Source: an uncultured euryarchaeote
Lineage (GTDB): Archaea > Thermoplasmatota > Poseidoniia > Poseidoniales > Poseidoniaceae
DNA: 64,000 bases
Direction: 5' to 3'
Assembly: GCA_963981035.1 (NCBI GenBank)
Contig: CAXCCF010000001.1
Span: 90,572-154,571 of the forward strand
Shown here: positions 8,606 through 17,595 of the stretch, piece after piece
Layout: each line of letters opens with the position of its first letter
Numbering within the stretch: position 1 is the first letter of the stretch
Made by a program: the position numbers and the translations under genes
Notes under the pieces: generated by a model
The model's input: only the letters and a program-made list of their open reading frames with translations
Database searches by the model: none
Told to the model about the DNA's origin: nothing

Positions 8606-11572
8606 ATGTCGCAGCGCGAGCCATATCATAATAGGTCCAAAAGTAGTAGTTTGTTCCTTATTTCACTGCTACTTATTTCTTCGTTGGGAGGACTTGCAAA
8701 CTTGCCTGGAGTAAGTGCTTCGGTAACTGGAGATCTCGCAATAACAGATGGCATTTCACCATCAAAGGACATTTGGGCCTCTTCATATGATTCATTCACA
8801 TTCACTGCCCAAGTAAAAAATCAAGGTTTGACATCTGCTGGAATAGACCGAGTAATGCGTTGGCATGTTTGTCTCGGAGATTTTGATGGAACGGTTTGTA
8901 AATCAAACTATGATTCAAAGGGTCAATTCGCTTTGGCAAATATTGGTTCAGGGCAGTATCAAAATTTTACTTCTTCTAATTCTTGGATTCCAGCGTCTAA
9001 TTCTGAAGGAATAGTCACTGTTGTATATTCATTTGATGATTCCGACCAAATACCTAGTAATGACCTATACAAATATAATTTCAATATCTCACAATCATTT
9101 GTTGATTTGAGTGTTGATGAAACATGGAAACCACATGACGATATTGAAGGGCTTGCAGAATATAATGGGGAAAAAATATTGAATTCAAATACCAATTATA
9201 CCCTCAAGGCCAAAGGTTCAGTAAACAGTTGTGGTTCGTGTAATTTCAATGCAACAATAGGATGGCAGTTATGGGACCAAGCCGAATCAGTGATGTTATC
9301 TGAAGCATATTCTTACAATTCTGGGTTGAACTCATGGGGTGTTCTTATGGCATTTGGCCATCAAATGCCAGTATTCAATTATCCCTTCGAAGGACAATAT
9401 GTGCTAAAATGGGGACTGTATAACAGTTCAGGAACACCAAATAGTGATCAAAATGATTTCAATGACCTAACCTCAACACTTATTGTGATTGATGATTCAA
9501 TAGATATCGCAGTTTCAGTGATGGCTCCAGCACACGACTCTAGTTCAGAAAACTACTACTTTGGCAATGAAATGGTTTATTCCGAAGTAATAAATCTGGG
9601 CAATAGAACTGTACAGAATTTCTATGTAACCTTTGAGATATATGACCTTGGTAGTGAATTAAAAATGGAAGAACAATGTCAAGTAAGTTCACTATTACCT
9701 AACGAAAACCAAATTTGCAGATTTAATATTACTGTTACTGGTGATAATAGAATTCTAAAGATATCTGCACCAAATACATACCTATCCGGTTCTGATGTAA
9801 GTACTTCAAATAATATTATCAGCGAACAAACAGACGTTCTTGCCGGAGATATTGGTGCAGAAATTGACCAGCAAAGCTACAACGGTAGATACAACACTGG
9901 CGATAATATTGAGATGTATGCAAAAACCGGATCAACCGCAGCAGCACCTCTAAATTATTCATGGTGGGTTTCGGGTATTATCAATTTAGGATATGGGCAA
10001 GTATTGAACATCAGTGGTGAAATCTTAGGATTGGGAGACCACATTATTACGCTTAGAGTAATAGACGATTTTGGCACCATTGATACTGTTCACGAATATA
10101 TCACAATATTCGATTATATCGACATTAGTGACGAACCATACTACACTGGAAGCGCTATTACACGCGCTGAAGCCTATGTCGAGACTGAAACAATATTACC
10201 TATCCTAGGCGTCAATTATGGCGTTGGTTCTGGTCAAGAACCTTTGAAACTGATGTCTTTTGAAGTCCTGTCACTCTTGGATGGTTCCGCAGAAGTAGGA
10301 TTGGAGTCGATAGAAATAACACTTAACATGAGTGCAATATTGCCTTCAAACATAAACCTCACAACTGTAGACGTACGTCAAATTGAGTCAATAAATCATA
10401 ATGTCTGGTCATTCATTGAATCACCTAATTCTCTAACCGATAACGGTGATGGCACATTTACTGTGGAACTACGCTCAAATGGAGCGATCCTAATAGTTGG
10501 AGAATTACCAGAAGCAGATGTTTCTTTGACAGAGATTAATACTACTTTGCTCAAAGACGGTCAAATGAAATTGGATTGGAATGGTTCTGGCGATTTGTCA
10601 AATCCATATATTGGCGGATGGCAAATTTACAAAATCATTGGTGATGACACTAGTTCAACCTATTTCCCTGACCCTGAAGGTGGAATAAACCCTCTTGTGT
10701 GGGAGGAATTAACGTTTGATTCAAAGGTTGCAACAATTCCAATCACCAGTACAGAATGGGTTGACCCTATCCACCTAGAGGAAGGTGAATGCGCTTCATA
10801 CGCCATTATTCCTGCTGATAGAGCTGGAGAACCAGACTTTGAGAAGGCAGACATTGCAAGAACAGCAGAAGGAATAAATGGATTAATTTGTGGTGACTCA
10901 ACTCCACCATCTACTTCAATTTCTAAATTTTCATCTACTTATGATTTCACCAACTCAAGTGATTGCTATGACATGTCCCGAGAATGGAATATGTGCTATG
11001 AAGTTAATTTGACTTGGACTTGGCCAGAGCACGAGCCAAGTGGTCCTGTGTCATGGAATTTGTATAGAATTGAGTCACGCCCAATAAATGTAGATTTGAA
11101 ATTTATTACTCCAATCGCCATAGATATTCAATCAACACCAGGTGAAACCGGTTATTTCAATCAAAGTGGTACTGAAATTGATGGAATTAGGCCATATCGA
11201 ACATACTATTACATTCTTGCACCTATTGATTGGGTTGGAAATGAAAACACAGTAACTTCTTACCCTTCTGACAATGTTGAAAGAGTACATATTGATGACC
11301 TATGGTGGCAATATAACCAACACATTGTCCCAGAACCACCGATACCAGAAGAACCTCCTCTCGGAGTTCCATGGCTTGGAGATTTACAAGATGAAATGCA
11401 GAAAGAATTGTTCCAGTATTCTGGTGGCGTTCTTATTACAATGATGTTCTTAAGCATCATTATGATTCCATTGATTTTGAAGAAAAGAAAGAGACTGAAG
11501 CGTGTTCTTGCTGCAAGAGAACGCCGTAAGTCAACAATTGATGACGACGAGTTTGAGACTTTCTTTGACTAA
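8606..11572 (+). CDS. Large secreted, C-terminally anchored surface protein with Ig-like/CARDB/FN3-like beta domains
   Basis: Signal peptide; repeated D(L/I)(A/S)(I/V)...V.N.G...D...ND/N units; Pro-rich linker; TM helix followed by KKRKR. Confidence 0.7.
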   Translation: MSQREPYHNRSKSSSLFLISLLLISSLGGLANLPGVSASVTGDLAITDGISPSKDIWASSYDSFTFTAQVKNQGLTSAGIDRVMRWHVCLGDFDGTVCKSNYDSKGQFALANIGSGQYQNFTSSNSWIPASNSEGIVTVVYSFDDSDQIPSNDLYKYNFNISQSFVDLSVDETWKPHDDIEGLAEYNGEKILNSNTNYTLKAKGSVNSCGSCNFNATIGWQLWDQAESVMLSEAYSYNSGLNSWGVLMAFGHQMPVFNYPFEGQYVLKWGLYNSSGTPNSDQNDFNDLTSTLIVIDDSIDIAVSVMAPAHDSSSENYYFGNEMVYSEVINLGNRTVQNFYVTFEIYDLGSELKMEEQCQVSSLLPNENQICRFNITVTGDNRILKISAPNTYLSGSDVSTSNNIISEQTDVLAGDIGAEIDQQSYNGRYNTGDNIEMYAKTGSTAAAPLNYSWWVSGIINLGYGQVLNISGEILGLGDHIITLRVIDDFGTIDTVHEYITIFDYIDISDEPYYTGSAITRAEAYVETETILPILGVNYGVGSGQEPLKLMSFEVLSLLDGSAEVGLESIEITLNMSAILPSNINLTTVDVRQIESINHNVWSFIESPNSLTDNGDGTFTVELRSNGAILIVGELPEADVSLTEINTTLLKDGQMKLDWNGSGDLSNPYIGGWQIYKIIGDDTSSTYFPDPEGGINPLVWEELTFDSKVATIPITSTEWVDPIHLEEGECASYAIIPADRAGEPDFEKADIARTAEGINGLICGDSTPPSTSISKFSSTYDFTNSSDCYDMSREWNMCYEVNLTWTWPEHEPSGPVSWNLYRIESRPINVDLKFITPIAIDIQSTPGETGYFNQSGTEIDGIRPYRTYYYILAPIDWVGNENTVTSYPSDNVERVHIDDLWWQYNQHIVPEPPIPEEPPLGVPWLGDLQDEMQKELFQYSGGVLITMMFLSIIMIPLILKKRKRLKRVLAARERRKSTIDDDEFETFFD

Positions 11573-11586
11573 AGAAGAAAGTAAAA

Positions 11587-11674
11587 TGGCGCGGTGAGGG
11601 AGATTCGAACTCCCGTGAGAACGAGCCCACTGGATTAGCAATCCAGCGCAATGGCCAGGCTATGCGATCACCGC
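11587..11674 (-). tRNA. tRNA-Ser(GCT) with long variable arm, CCA encoded
   Basis: Minus strand GCGGTGA...CTGGA-TT-GCT-AA-TCCAG...GTTCGAATC...TCACCGC-G-CCA. Confidence 0.96.
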
Positions 11675-11766
11675 TTGTAGTTGCGGCCACCAGCGAACCC
11701 GTCATCAAGATGACGGTTCACCATCATGCCGATATCATTGGTCAATCAGTGCGCAGTGTATCACTT

Positions 11767-12780
11767 TCAATTGATTGGTCCAAGTGAACCAAGTAATGAA
11801 GTTGGGATGGCACAGACCACTACCAAAACCAAGAACATCCAGCCCAAATAATACAATGAGCGGAAGAAAGATTTTGCTGCTTTTGGCATTCTTCCGTTTT
11901 CGTCAAAGTCTTCTAATGGGTCAATATTCCAAACAGATTTTGCGTACCACAGTGAAAGTCCTGTTGCAATAATCGACCAAAGAATCGGTAGACCTGATTG
12001 AGGCCAAAACAATGGAACTGCTCCCAGCAATAGCAGCAAAGCACAATAAATTTTTGATTCAAAAACAGTGCGCTCAGGGCCTTTTACCTCATTCAACATA
12101 GGAACATTTGCTTTCGCATATTCGCCTGAGCGGTATAGTGCTAATGCCCAAAAGTGTGGGGGAGTCCACAAAAAGATAAGCATGAATAACATCCAAGGAA
12201 TTGCAGAACCTAAGTCAAAAGGATTGCTTGACTCAATAGTTCCTGCAGCAGCTGCCGCCCAACCAATTACCGGTGGAGTTGCTCCAGCAGCACCACCGAT
12301 CACAATATTTTGTGAAGTTCTGCGTTTTAGTAACATCGAATAAATGAATACATAAAATCCAACCGAAAAAAAGGACCAAAATGCTGCCTTCCAATGAACT
12401 AAGAAAAATAGAGACGACCCTAATACTGCAATTATTATTCCGAAAATCAATGCACCTCTTGCAGATATATGGCCCAATGGTATTGGACGGTTTTTAGTAC
12501 GCCTCATCAAAGGGTCAATATCAGCGTCATACCACATATTAATAGCATTAGAACCACCTGCAGAAAGTGTTCCTGCTATCACAGTAATGACCACAGTTTC
12601 TATTGTATCCATCCAAGTTCTATCGATGGCTATCAAATCATGACGAGCCAATAAATCATGAACTAATATTGAACAAACTGCTGTTATTTGTAGTAATACG
12701 ATAACCCTTAATTTCATCAGTTGAAGAAATACACTCAACATTCCCGGATGCGAGATAGATTCATCATTGGCCCCAGTCAT
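11767..12780 (-). CDS. ctaB: Protoheme IX farnesyltransferase (heme O synthase)
   Basis: NMWYDADIDPLMRRTKNRP, LKRRTSQNIVIGG, WTPPHFWALA. Start at ATG 12780 after GGAGG. Confidence 0.95.
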   Translation of the reverse strand: MTGANDESISHPGMLSVFLQLMKLRVIVLLQITAVCSILVHDLLARHDLIAIDRTWMDTIETVVITVIAGTLSAGGSNAINMWYDADIDPLMRRTKNRPIPLGHISARGALIFGIIIAVLGSSLFFLVHWKAAFWSFFSVGFYVFIYSMLLKRRTSQNIVIGGAAGATPPVIGWAAAAAGTIESSNPFDLGSAIPWMLFMLIFLWTPPHFWALALYRSGEYAKANVPMLNEVKGPERTVFESKIYCALLLLLGAVPLFWPQSGLPILWSIIATGLSLWYAKSVWNIDPLEDFDENGRMPKAAKSFFRSLYYLGWMFLVLVVVCAIPTSLLGSLGPIN

Positions 12781-12782
12781 GA

Positions 12783-13847
12783 TTATTCCTCCGAGGATTC
12801 CAATGATATTTCCTTGCTTAAACGCATCAACATACTTGCACAAATTGCCATCAACACGCTACTCACACCAACGACCAAATGTACCAGTGAAAGCCATTCT
12901 GGGAATTCTTCCAATTTTGCAAGAATAATGTATGAAGCTCCTACCAAGACATTTAAACTCCATAATCCACTTGTCATATGTGCGAATGTTTTGAAACCAG
13001 TTGCTTGTTTATCTCGTCGTACACTTTCTGTGATTCTTGCTGTAGATAATATCAGCAGCAGTCCAACTAATAATGCTCCTGTTCGATGGATCATTTGGAC
13101 CATTATTCCTGGGCCATCAACCGATGGGAAAAAATCACCATTGCATTTTGGCCATCCATTAGGGAAACCTACTGAGCAACCTTGATTGTATTGGCCACCT
13201 GCTGTACTGGCAACCCAAGCACCGAGTATTAGTAGTAAAAAGACTGATGCTGCCATTGAATCAATTCGTTTTGCATGCTGATTGAAAAATTCTTGTGATG
13301 TCTTCAATAGTGACCAATTTGCACCTTCGCAAATCCTCATCCATAGGTATTGGTATAACAAAACTGATGCCCAAATACATGCTAAAGAAAGGTGTAATGC
13401 TACAGACCAATCAACATTGTCTAATACAACTGTTATTGCCCCTGCTATCGCTTGGCAGATGAGCAGTATTCCCGCAAGAAACGAGACTTTTACTGCCCTA
13501 TCCCCATATGTTTCTTTCAATTTCTTTGCCATTACAAAATTTAGCAATACTGGGATTGCAACAACTGCAACGAGTAATCGATGGAACCACTCTGTGAATA
13601 TTTGGAAAGTTGAGTAACGGTGGTCAATACCACGTGAATCTTCATGACCTGGATTATCTTCCCAGAATTGTTGTTGTTCATCAACAGAAACATCGAATGT
13701 CCAAGTGCCAAAGCATTGTGGCCAGTCAGGGCATGATTCTCCTGCATCGCTAATGCGAATCGTGCCACCGACTACAATGATTAGTAAGGACATGACCAAC
13801 AGTACGAGAGGGACGGCGCTAGGACGGGTCCACCAATCTCGGTCCAT
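12783..13847 (-). CDS. ctaA: Heme A synthase (CtaA/COX15)
   Basis: GESCPDWPQC, EWFHR, second Cys pair GC...WPKC, QMIHR. Start moved to ATG 13847 to remove overlap with the divergent gene. Confidence 0.92.
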   Translation of the reverse strand: MDRDWWTRPSAVPLVLLVMSLLIIVVGGTIRISDAGESCPDWPQCFGTWTFDVSVDEQQQFWEDNPGHEDSRGIDHRYSTFQIFTEWFHRLLVAVVAIPVLLNFVMAKKLKETYGDRAVKVSFLAGILLICQAIAGAITVVLDNVDWSVALHLSLACIWASVLLYQYLWMRICEGANWSLLKTSQEFFNQHAKRIDSMAASVFLLLILGAWVASTAGGQYNQGCSVGFPNGWPKCNGDFFPSVDGPGIMVQMIHRTGALLVGLLLILSTARITESVRRDKQATGFKTFAHMTSGLWSLNVLVGASYIILAKLEEFPEWLSLVHLVVGVSSVLMAICASMLMRLSKEISLESSEE

Positions 13848-13899
13848 ACTTGATGCGTGATGCAGACCCCTTTTGAACACATTCCCATAGCGCTTGTCA

Positions 13900-14823
13900 A
13901 TGTCCGGCAATAGGAGATGGGTTTTCTTTTGGGCCGCGATATTTCTATTGCTCTCAACATCAATAACAAATACATCATCTGAAAATGGAGTTGAGAGTGA
14001 TGATGGCGCCATTATTGCCGTTCAGTATATTGATTATTCCTGCTATCAACAAACGCTAGATTGCGAGGCAAGTGAGAGTGAACATATAGTGGAATATTTT
14101 GGTGCAGATTGGTGCGAACCTTGTCATCTTGTTGAAGATGAAATTGCAAACTTAAATCGAACAGATACCGTTATTCTTCAACACCATGCTTCAAGTGAGG
14201 ATTATACATATCTAAATCATTCAAAATTTAGATTTGATGACAAATATAGATTATTATTTATTCCAACTATAGTAGTTGATGGTAAAGGATTGCTTACAGG
14301 TTCTAGTCAATCATTCGATCTAAATCAATCTTTAAGCACTCATAATGGTCTACAAAATGATGGCCTATACGATGTAGTTTTGCGCAATGACACTGTCCAT
14401 TGGAATCATTCAACCGGACAACGATTGACAATTTGGAGACTTGATTCAACGCAACACGAAAATAGAAACTATACTCATCAATATTTAGCAACCGATTCAC
14501 TCACAATTGATTTCAATGATTCAAATATTTCTTATCAGGACGGAGTTAATCTTAGCGAGATGCTTCAAAATTGGAATGGCCGCCTTATTTTTGTTCTTGA
14601 GAACAATGGCATACCGGAATTACAGCCATATAGTGATGAAAGTGCAGGAAATATGGAATTTATTGATAACGATAACAACACCAATCAGGTCCCAATATCC
14701 TCCAACCCAGCGCAATATGCGCTGATTTGGTTTGCCATTATGCTCCTATTAATTGCACCAGCATTGATGCTTTGGATTAGGGAAGTAAAACGCCCAAAAC
14801 AATCAATTTTTGAGCAAGAATGA
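13900..14823 (+). CDS. Exported membrane-anchored thioredoxin-fold protein
   Basis: Signal peptide, VEYFGADWCEPC, IPTIVVDG cis-Pro motif, C-terminal TM helix. Confidence 0.75.
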   Translation: MSGNRRWVFFWAAIFLLLSTSITNTSSENGVESDDGAIIAVQYIDYSCYQQTLDCEASESEHIVEYFGADWCEPCHLVEDEIANLNRTDTVILQHHASSEDYTYLNHSKFRFDDKYRLLFIPTIVVDGKGLLTGSSQSFDLNQSLSTHNGLQNDGLYDVVLRNDTVHWNHSTGQRLTIWRLDSTQHENRNYTHQYLATDSLTIDFNDSNISYQDGVNLSEMLQNWNGRLIFVLENNGIPELQPYSDESAGNMEFIDNDNNTNQVPISSNPAQYALIWFAIMLLLIAPALMLWIREVKRPKQSIFEQE

Positions 14824-14882
14824 ATAATTATAGATGCAAACTTTAGGGGTAGGTTCAAAAAGAGGTGGCAGTAGCCCCCGAA

Positions 14883-14898
14883 TGCGAGTTCGCTCGCA
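14883..14898 (+). promoter_or_regulatory. UUCG-tetraloop hairpin in the rpoK 5' leader
   Basis: Perfect TGCGAG-TTCG-CTCGCA directly before the GGTG RBS. Confidence 0.5.
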
Positions 14899-14909
14899 GG
14901 TGTAATAAA

Positions 14910-15167
14910 ATGGTAAAACCAGCACGACAACACACACGTTTTGAACGAGCAAGAATCATTGGTGCTCGTGCACTACAAATTGGAATGGGCGCCCCATTAT
15001 ACGCTTCCGAAGATGTTCTTCGTGATGCCTTTAAAGCAGAATTAATTACTCTTTATGGACTTGAAGAAGCAGATGTTCGTTTCGTATTAGATCCTCTAAA
15101 GATTGCTCTATACGAGTACGACCACGAGTTAATTCCAATAGACATTGACCCTCATTTAGATGAATAA
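14910..15167 (+). CDS. rpoK: DNA-directed RNA polymerase subunit K (Rpo6)
   Basis: [21 protein letters not shown] signature. Start at ATG 14910. Confidence 0.95.
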   Translation: MVKPARQHTRFERARIIGARALQIGMGAPLYASEDVLRDAFKAELITLYGLEEADVRFVLDPLKIALYEYDHELIPIDIDPHLDE

Positions 15168-15183
15168 TCGTCAATAGTTTTGC

Positions 15184-16275
15184 TCAAGACTGGGTGAAAC
15201 CATAATATTCTGAGTTTTCTATTTCCGGCAGAGCATCTCGCTTTACCAATAATGTTCGAACTGACCAAAGGTCAACAAAAATTCTGTATTTCAAAGTAGC
15301 ATCAAGGTAATCAACTCCACTAGAGCCACCAGTACCCATTCTTCTGCCAATCATTCTTTCAACCATTCTTGCATGATGAGAACGGAATAATAGCATGGAC
15401 TGTTCTAATTCAACAATCGTATCAATTAATTTTCTTGGCCAAGCCAGAAGAGGCAATTCACGATATGATTCAATGAAAAGCAAACCAGCCCTACTTCGAT
15501 CAACCTCTTCATTCGGCATTAGAAATGAACGAGCGCCGTCAATTCCCGCTTCTATTCTTGCGCGCACTGGACCTTCTTCACCATGACCGATTCCAACAAT
15601 ATGAGAAATTACAGATTCGCCATGCTCCTGCATGGCATTAATGTGCCCTTCAATAAATTGTGAAACAACTTCACTATCCCCTGCATCGGATGGGACAGAA
15701 CCATTGATTGGTGTTCTGCTTAACCAATCGTTTAGTACATCGTTTAGAGATGGTTGTGAAGATACTTGTTCAAAATTTTCAAAAACATCTTGACTGACTT
15801 TTCCTTCTCCTACTAATTTTTCCATATGTGCTAATGGATCCATTCCACCCATTCGTTGTGAATTATCTAGTCCAAGAATTACTTCTAACTCTCTCATTTG
15901 CCAAGACTCAAATCCAGAAGAAGTTCCCAATCTATCTCGGAACGCCAAAAACTCTTGCGGGGCAAGGCTTTGCATAACATCCCATTGATGAGTCATCAAT
16001 TTCATTACAGTTGTAACTCTATCAAGGTGATGGACTATTTGTGGCATTGATTGTTCATCAACACTTTCTGCTGATAGCAAATGATATGCTTCTTTCAATT
16101 CCCTCAAGACTAACTTGAACCATAATTCAAATGATTGATGAACAATAATAAAATGCAACTCATTATTGCATGGAGCTGGAGTATAGCCCTGTGGTCCATC
16201 TTGTAATTTCAGCAAATCATCTATTCGCAAATATCCGCCATAGGTCATCCTAGATGACGGCTCGTTCCCTGCCAT
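15184..16275 (-). CDS. kynA: Tryptophan 2,3-dioxygenase
   Basis: YGGYLRIDDLL, ELHFIIVHQSFELWFK, SSGFESWQMR, VERMIGRRMGTGGSSGVDYL. Start moved to ATG 16275. Confidence 0.93.
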   Translation of the reverse strand: MAGNEPSSRMTYGGYLRIDDLLKLQDGPQGYTPAPCNNELHFIIVHQSFELWFKLVLRELKEAYHLLSAESVDEQSMPQIVHHLDRVTTVMKLMTHQWDVMQSLAPQEFLAFRDRLGTSSGFESWQMRELEVILGLDNSQRMGGMDPLAHMEKLVGEGKVSQDVFENFEQVSSQPSLNDVLNDWLSRTPINGSVPSDAGDSEVVSQFIEGHINAMQEHGESVISHIVGIGHGEEGPVRARIEAGIDGARSFLMPNEEVDRSRAGLLFIESYRELPLLAWPRKLIDTIVELEQSMLLFRSHHARMVERMIGRRMGTGGSSGVDYLDATLKYRIFVDLWSVRTLLVKRDALPEIENSEYYGFTQS

Positions 16276-16452
16276 GGTTGGCGATTGTCCGCAAGCCTTT
16301 GAATTAGTCACCCATTTCAAATGAAAATATCTTTTGGAACAAATGTCAACATGATTCACTAAAAGGATGCCACTAGACTGATTATTCAATTTTTACTATT
16401 ACACATTTTTTTTTAGGATAACGCATATAGGGGGAATACTAAACCCCTCAAC

Positions 16453-17565
16453 ATGGGCGTAGATTCCGATACACTGGCTACATGGCTGGCCGACTATGAC
16501 CCAAGTCAAATCACAATTGGAGTGGTTGCTTCTCACTCTTCGCTACAAATACTTCATGGAGCTCGTATTGAAGGTTTCAAAACTTTAGGAATTGCTGTAG
16601 GTGAAAATAGACGTCGCTATTACAAAGCATTCCCTGGTGCTGAACCTGATGAATGGTTAATGCTTGAAGACTATAGAGAAATGTTAGATTATGCAGAATG
16701 GTTCCGAGATAGGAATGTTGTGATAATACCGCATGGTTCACTCGTTGAATACCTTGGCTCTACCAATTTTAGATCTTTGCAAGTCCCTACATTTGGAAAT
16801 AGAGGGATTTTGCATTGGGAAAGTAGTCGCGAAAGGCAACGTCAGTGGCTAGAGGCAGGCGGATGTACGATGCCAAAAGTCTACCATGACCCTCACGATA
16901 TTGATGGACCTGTAATTGTCAAGTACGCAGGTGCAAAAGGTGGAAGAGGTTATTTCATTGCAAGAGATTACAGAGATTTTCGCAGAAACGCTGACCTAGA
17001 AGATGAGTTTACAATTCAAGAATATGCATTGGGGTGCCGGTATTATCTTCATTTTTACTTTGACCCTACGGCAAGCGATGGTTTCCAAGTCCAAGGCCGA
17101 GGAAGTCATGCTGGGCAAAATCTAGGACGTCTTGAATTATTGAGCATGGACAGAAGAGATGAGTCAAATGTTGATGAATTTTACAAATTAGGTTCACTTA
17201 GAGATTTGAGAGAAAAGGGATTAGAGCCTTCATTCGTAGTAACTGGTAATCAACCTGTAGTAATTCGTGAATCACTACTCCCACGGGCATTTGAAATGGC
17301 CGAAGGTACTGTTGCAGCATCATTTGAACTAGAAGAGGGTGCAAAGGGGATGATTGGCCCATTCTGTCTTGAAACAATTGTCACAGACCAACTTGAATTC
17401 AAAGTCTTTGAAATCAGTGCAAGAATAGTTGCTGGCTCGAATCCATTTGTTGGAGGCTCTCCATATTCCGATATCAATGAACCATTCATGTCTACTGGAA
17501 GAAGAATTGCTCGTTCAATCAAGAAGTCTATTGCTGAGGGAACACTTCAAGATATTTTATCTTGA
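16453..17565 (+). CDS. purP: Formate-dependent AICAR formyltransferase (ATP-grasp)
   Basis: ASHSSLQI, GAKGGRGYF, MIGPFCLE, FEISARIVAG, MSTGRRIAR. Confidence 0.93.
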   Translation: MGVDSDTLATWLADYDPSQITIGVVASHSSLQILHGARIEGFKTLGIAVGENRRRYYKAFPGAEPDEWLMLEDYREMLDYAEWFRDRNVVIIPHGSLVEYLGSTNFRSLQVPTFGNRGILHWESSRERQRQWLEAGGCTMPKVYHDPHDIDGPVIVKYAGAKGGRGYFIARDYRDFRRNADLEDEFTIQEYALGCRYYLHFYFDPTASDGFQVQGRGSHAGQNLGRLELLSMDRRDESNVDEFYKLGSLRDLREKGLEPSFVVTGNQPVVIRESLLPRAFEMAEGTVAASFELEEGAKGMIGPFCLETIVTDQLEFKVFEISARIVAGSNPFVGGSPYSDINEPFMSTGRRIARSIKKSIAEGTLQDILS

Positions 17566-17595
17566 GACTTTCACCACTGGAAGAAGAAATCAGAT

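Noticed and set aside
11587-11674. Integrative element at tRNA-Ser
   Set aside because: No integrase or duplicated tRNA 3' end was noticed, and the flanking genes look chromosomal.
13848-14012. Long N-terminal extensions in the ORF track (ctaA; also orn, kynA, moeB and the Mo large subunit) implying overlapping genes
   Set aside because: Downstream ATGs match family N-termini, RBS or promoter spacing and remove the overlaps.
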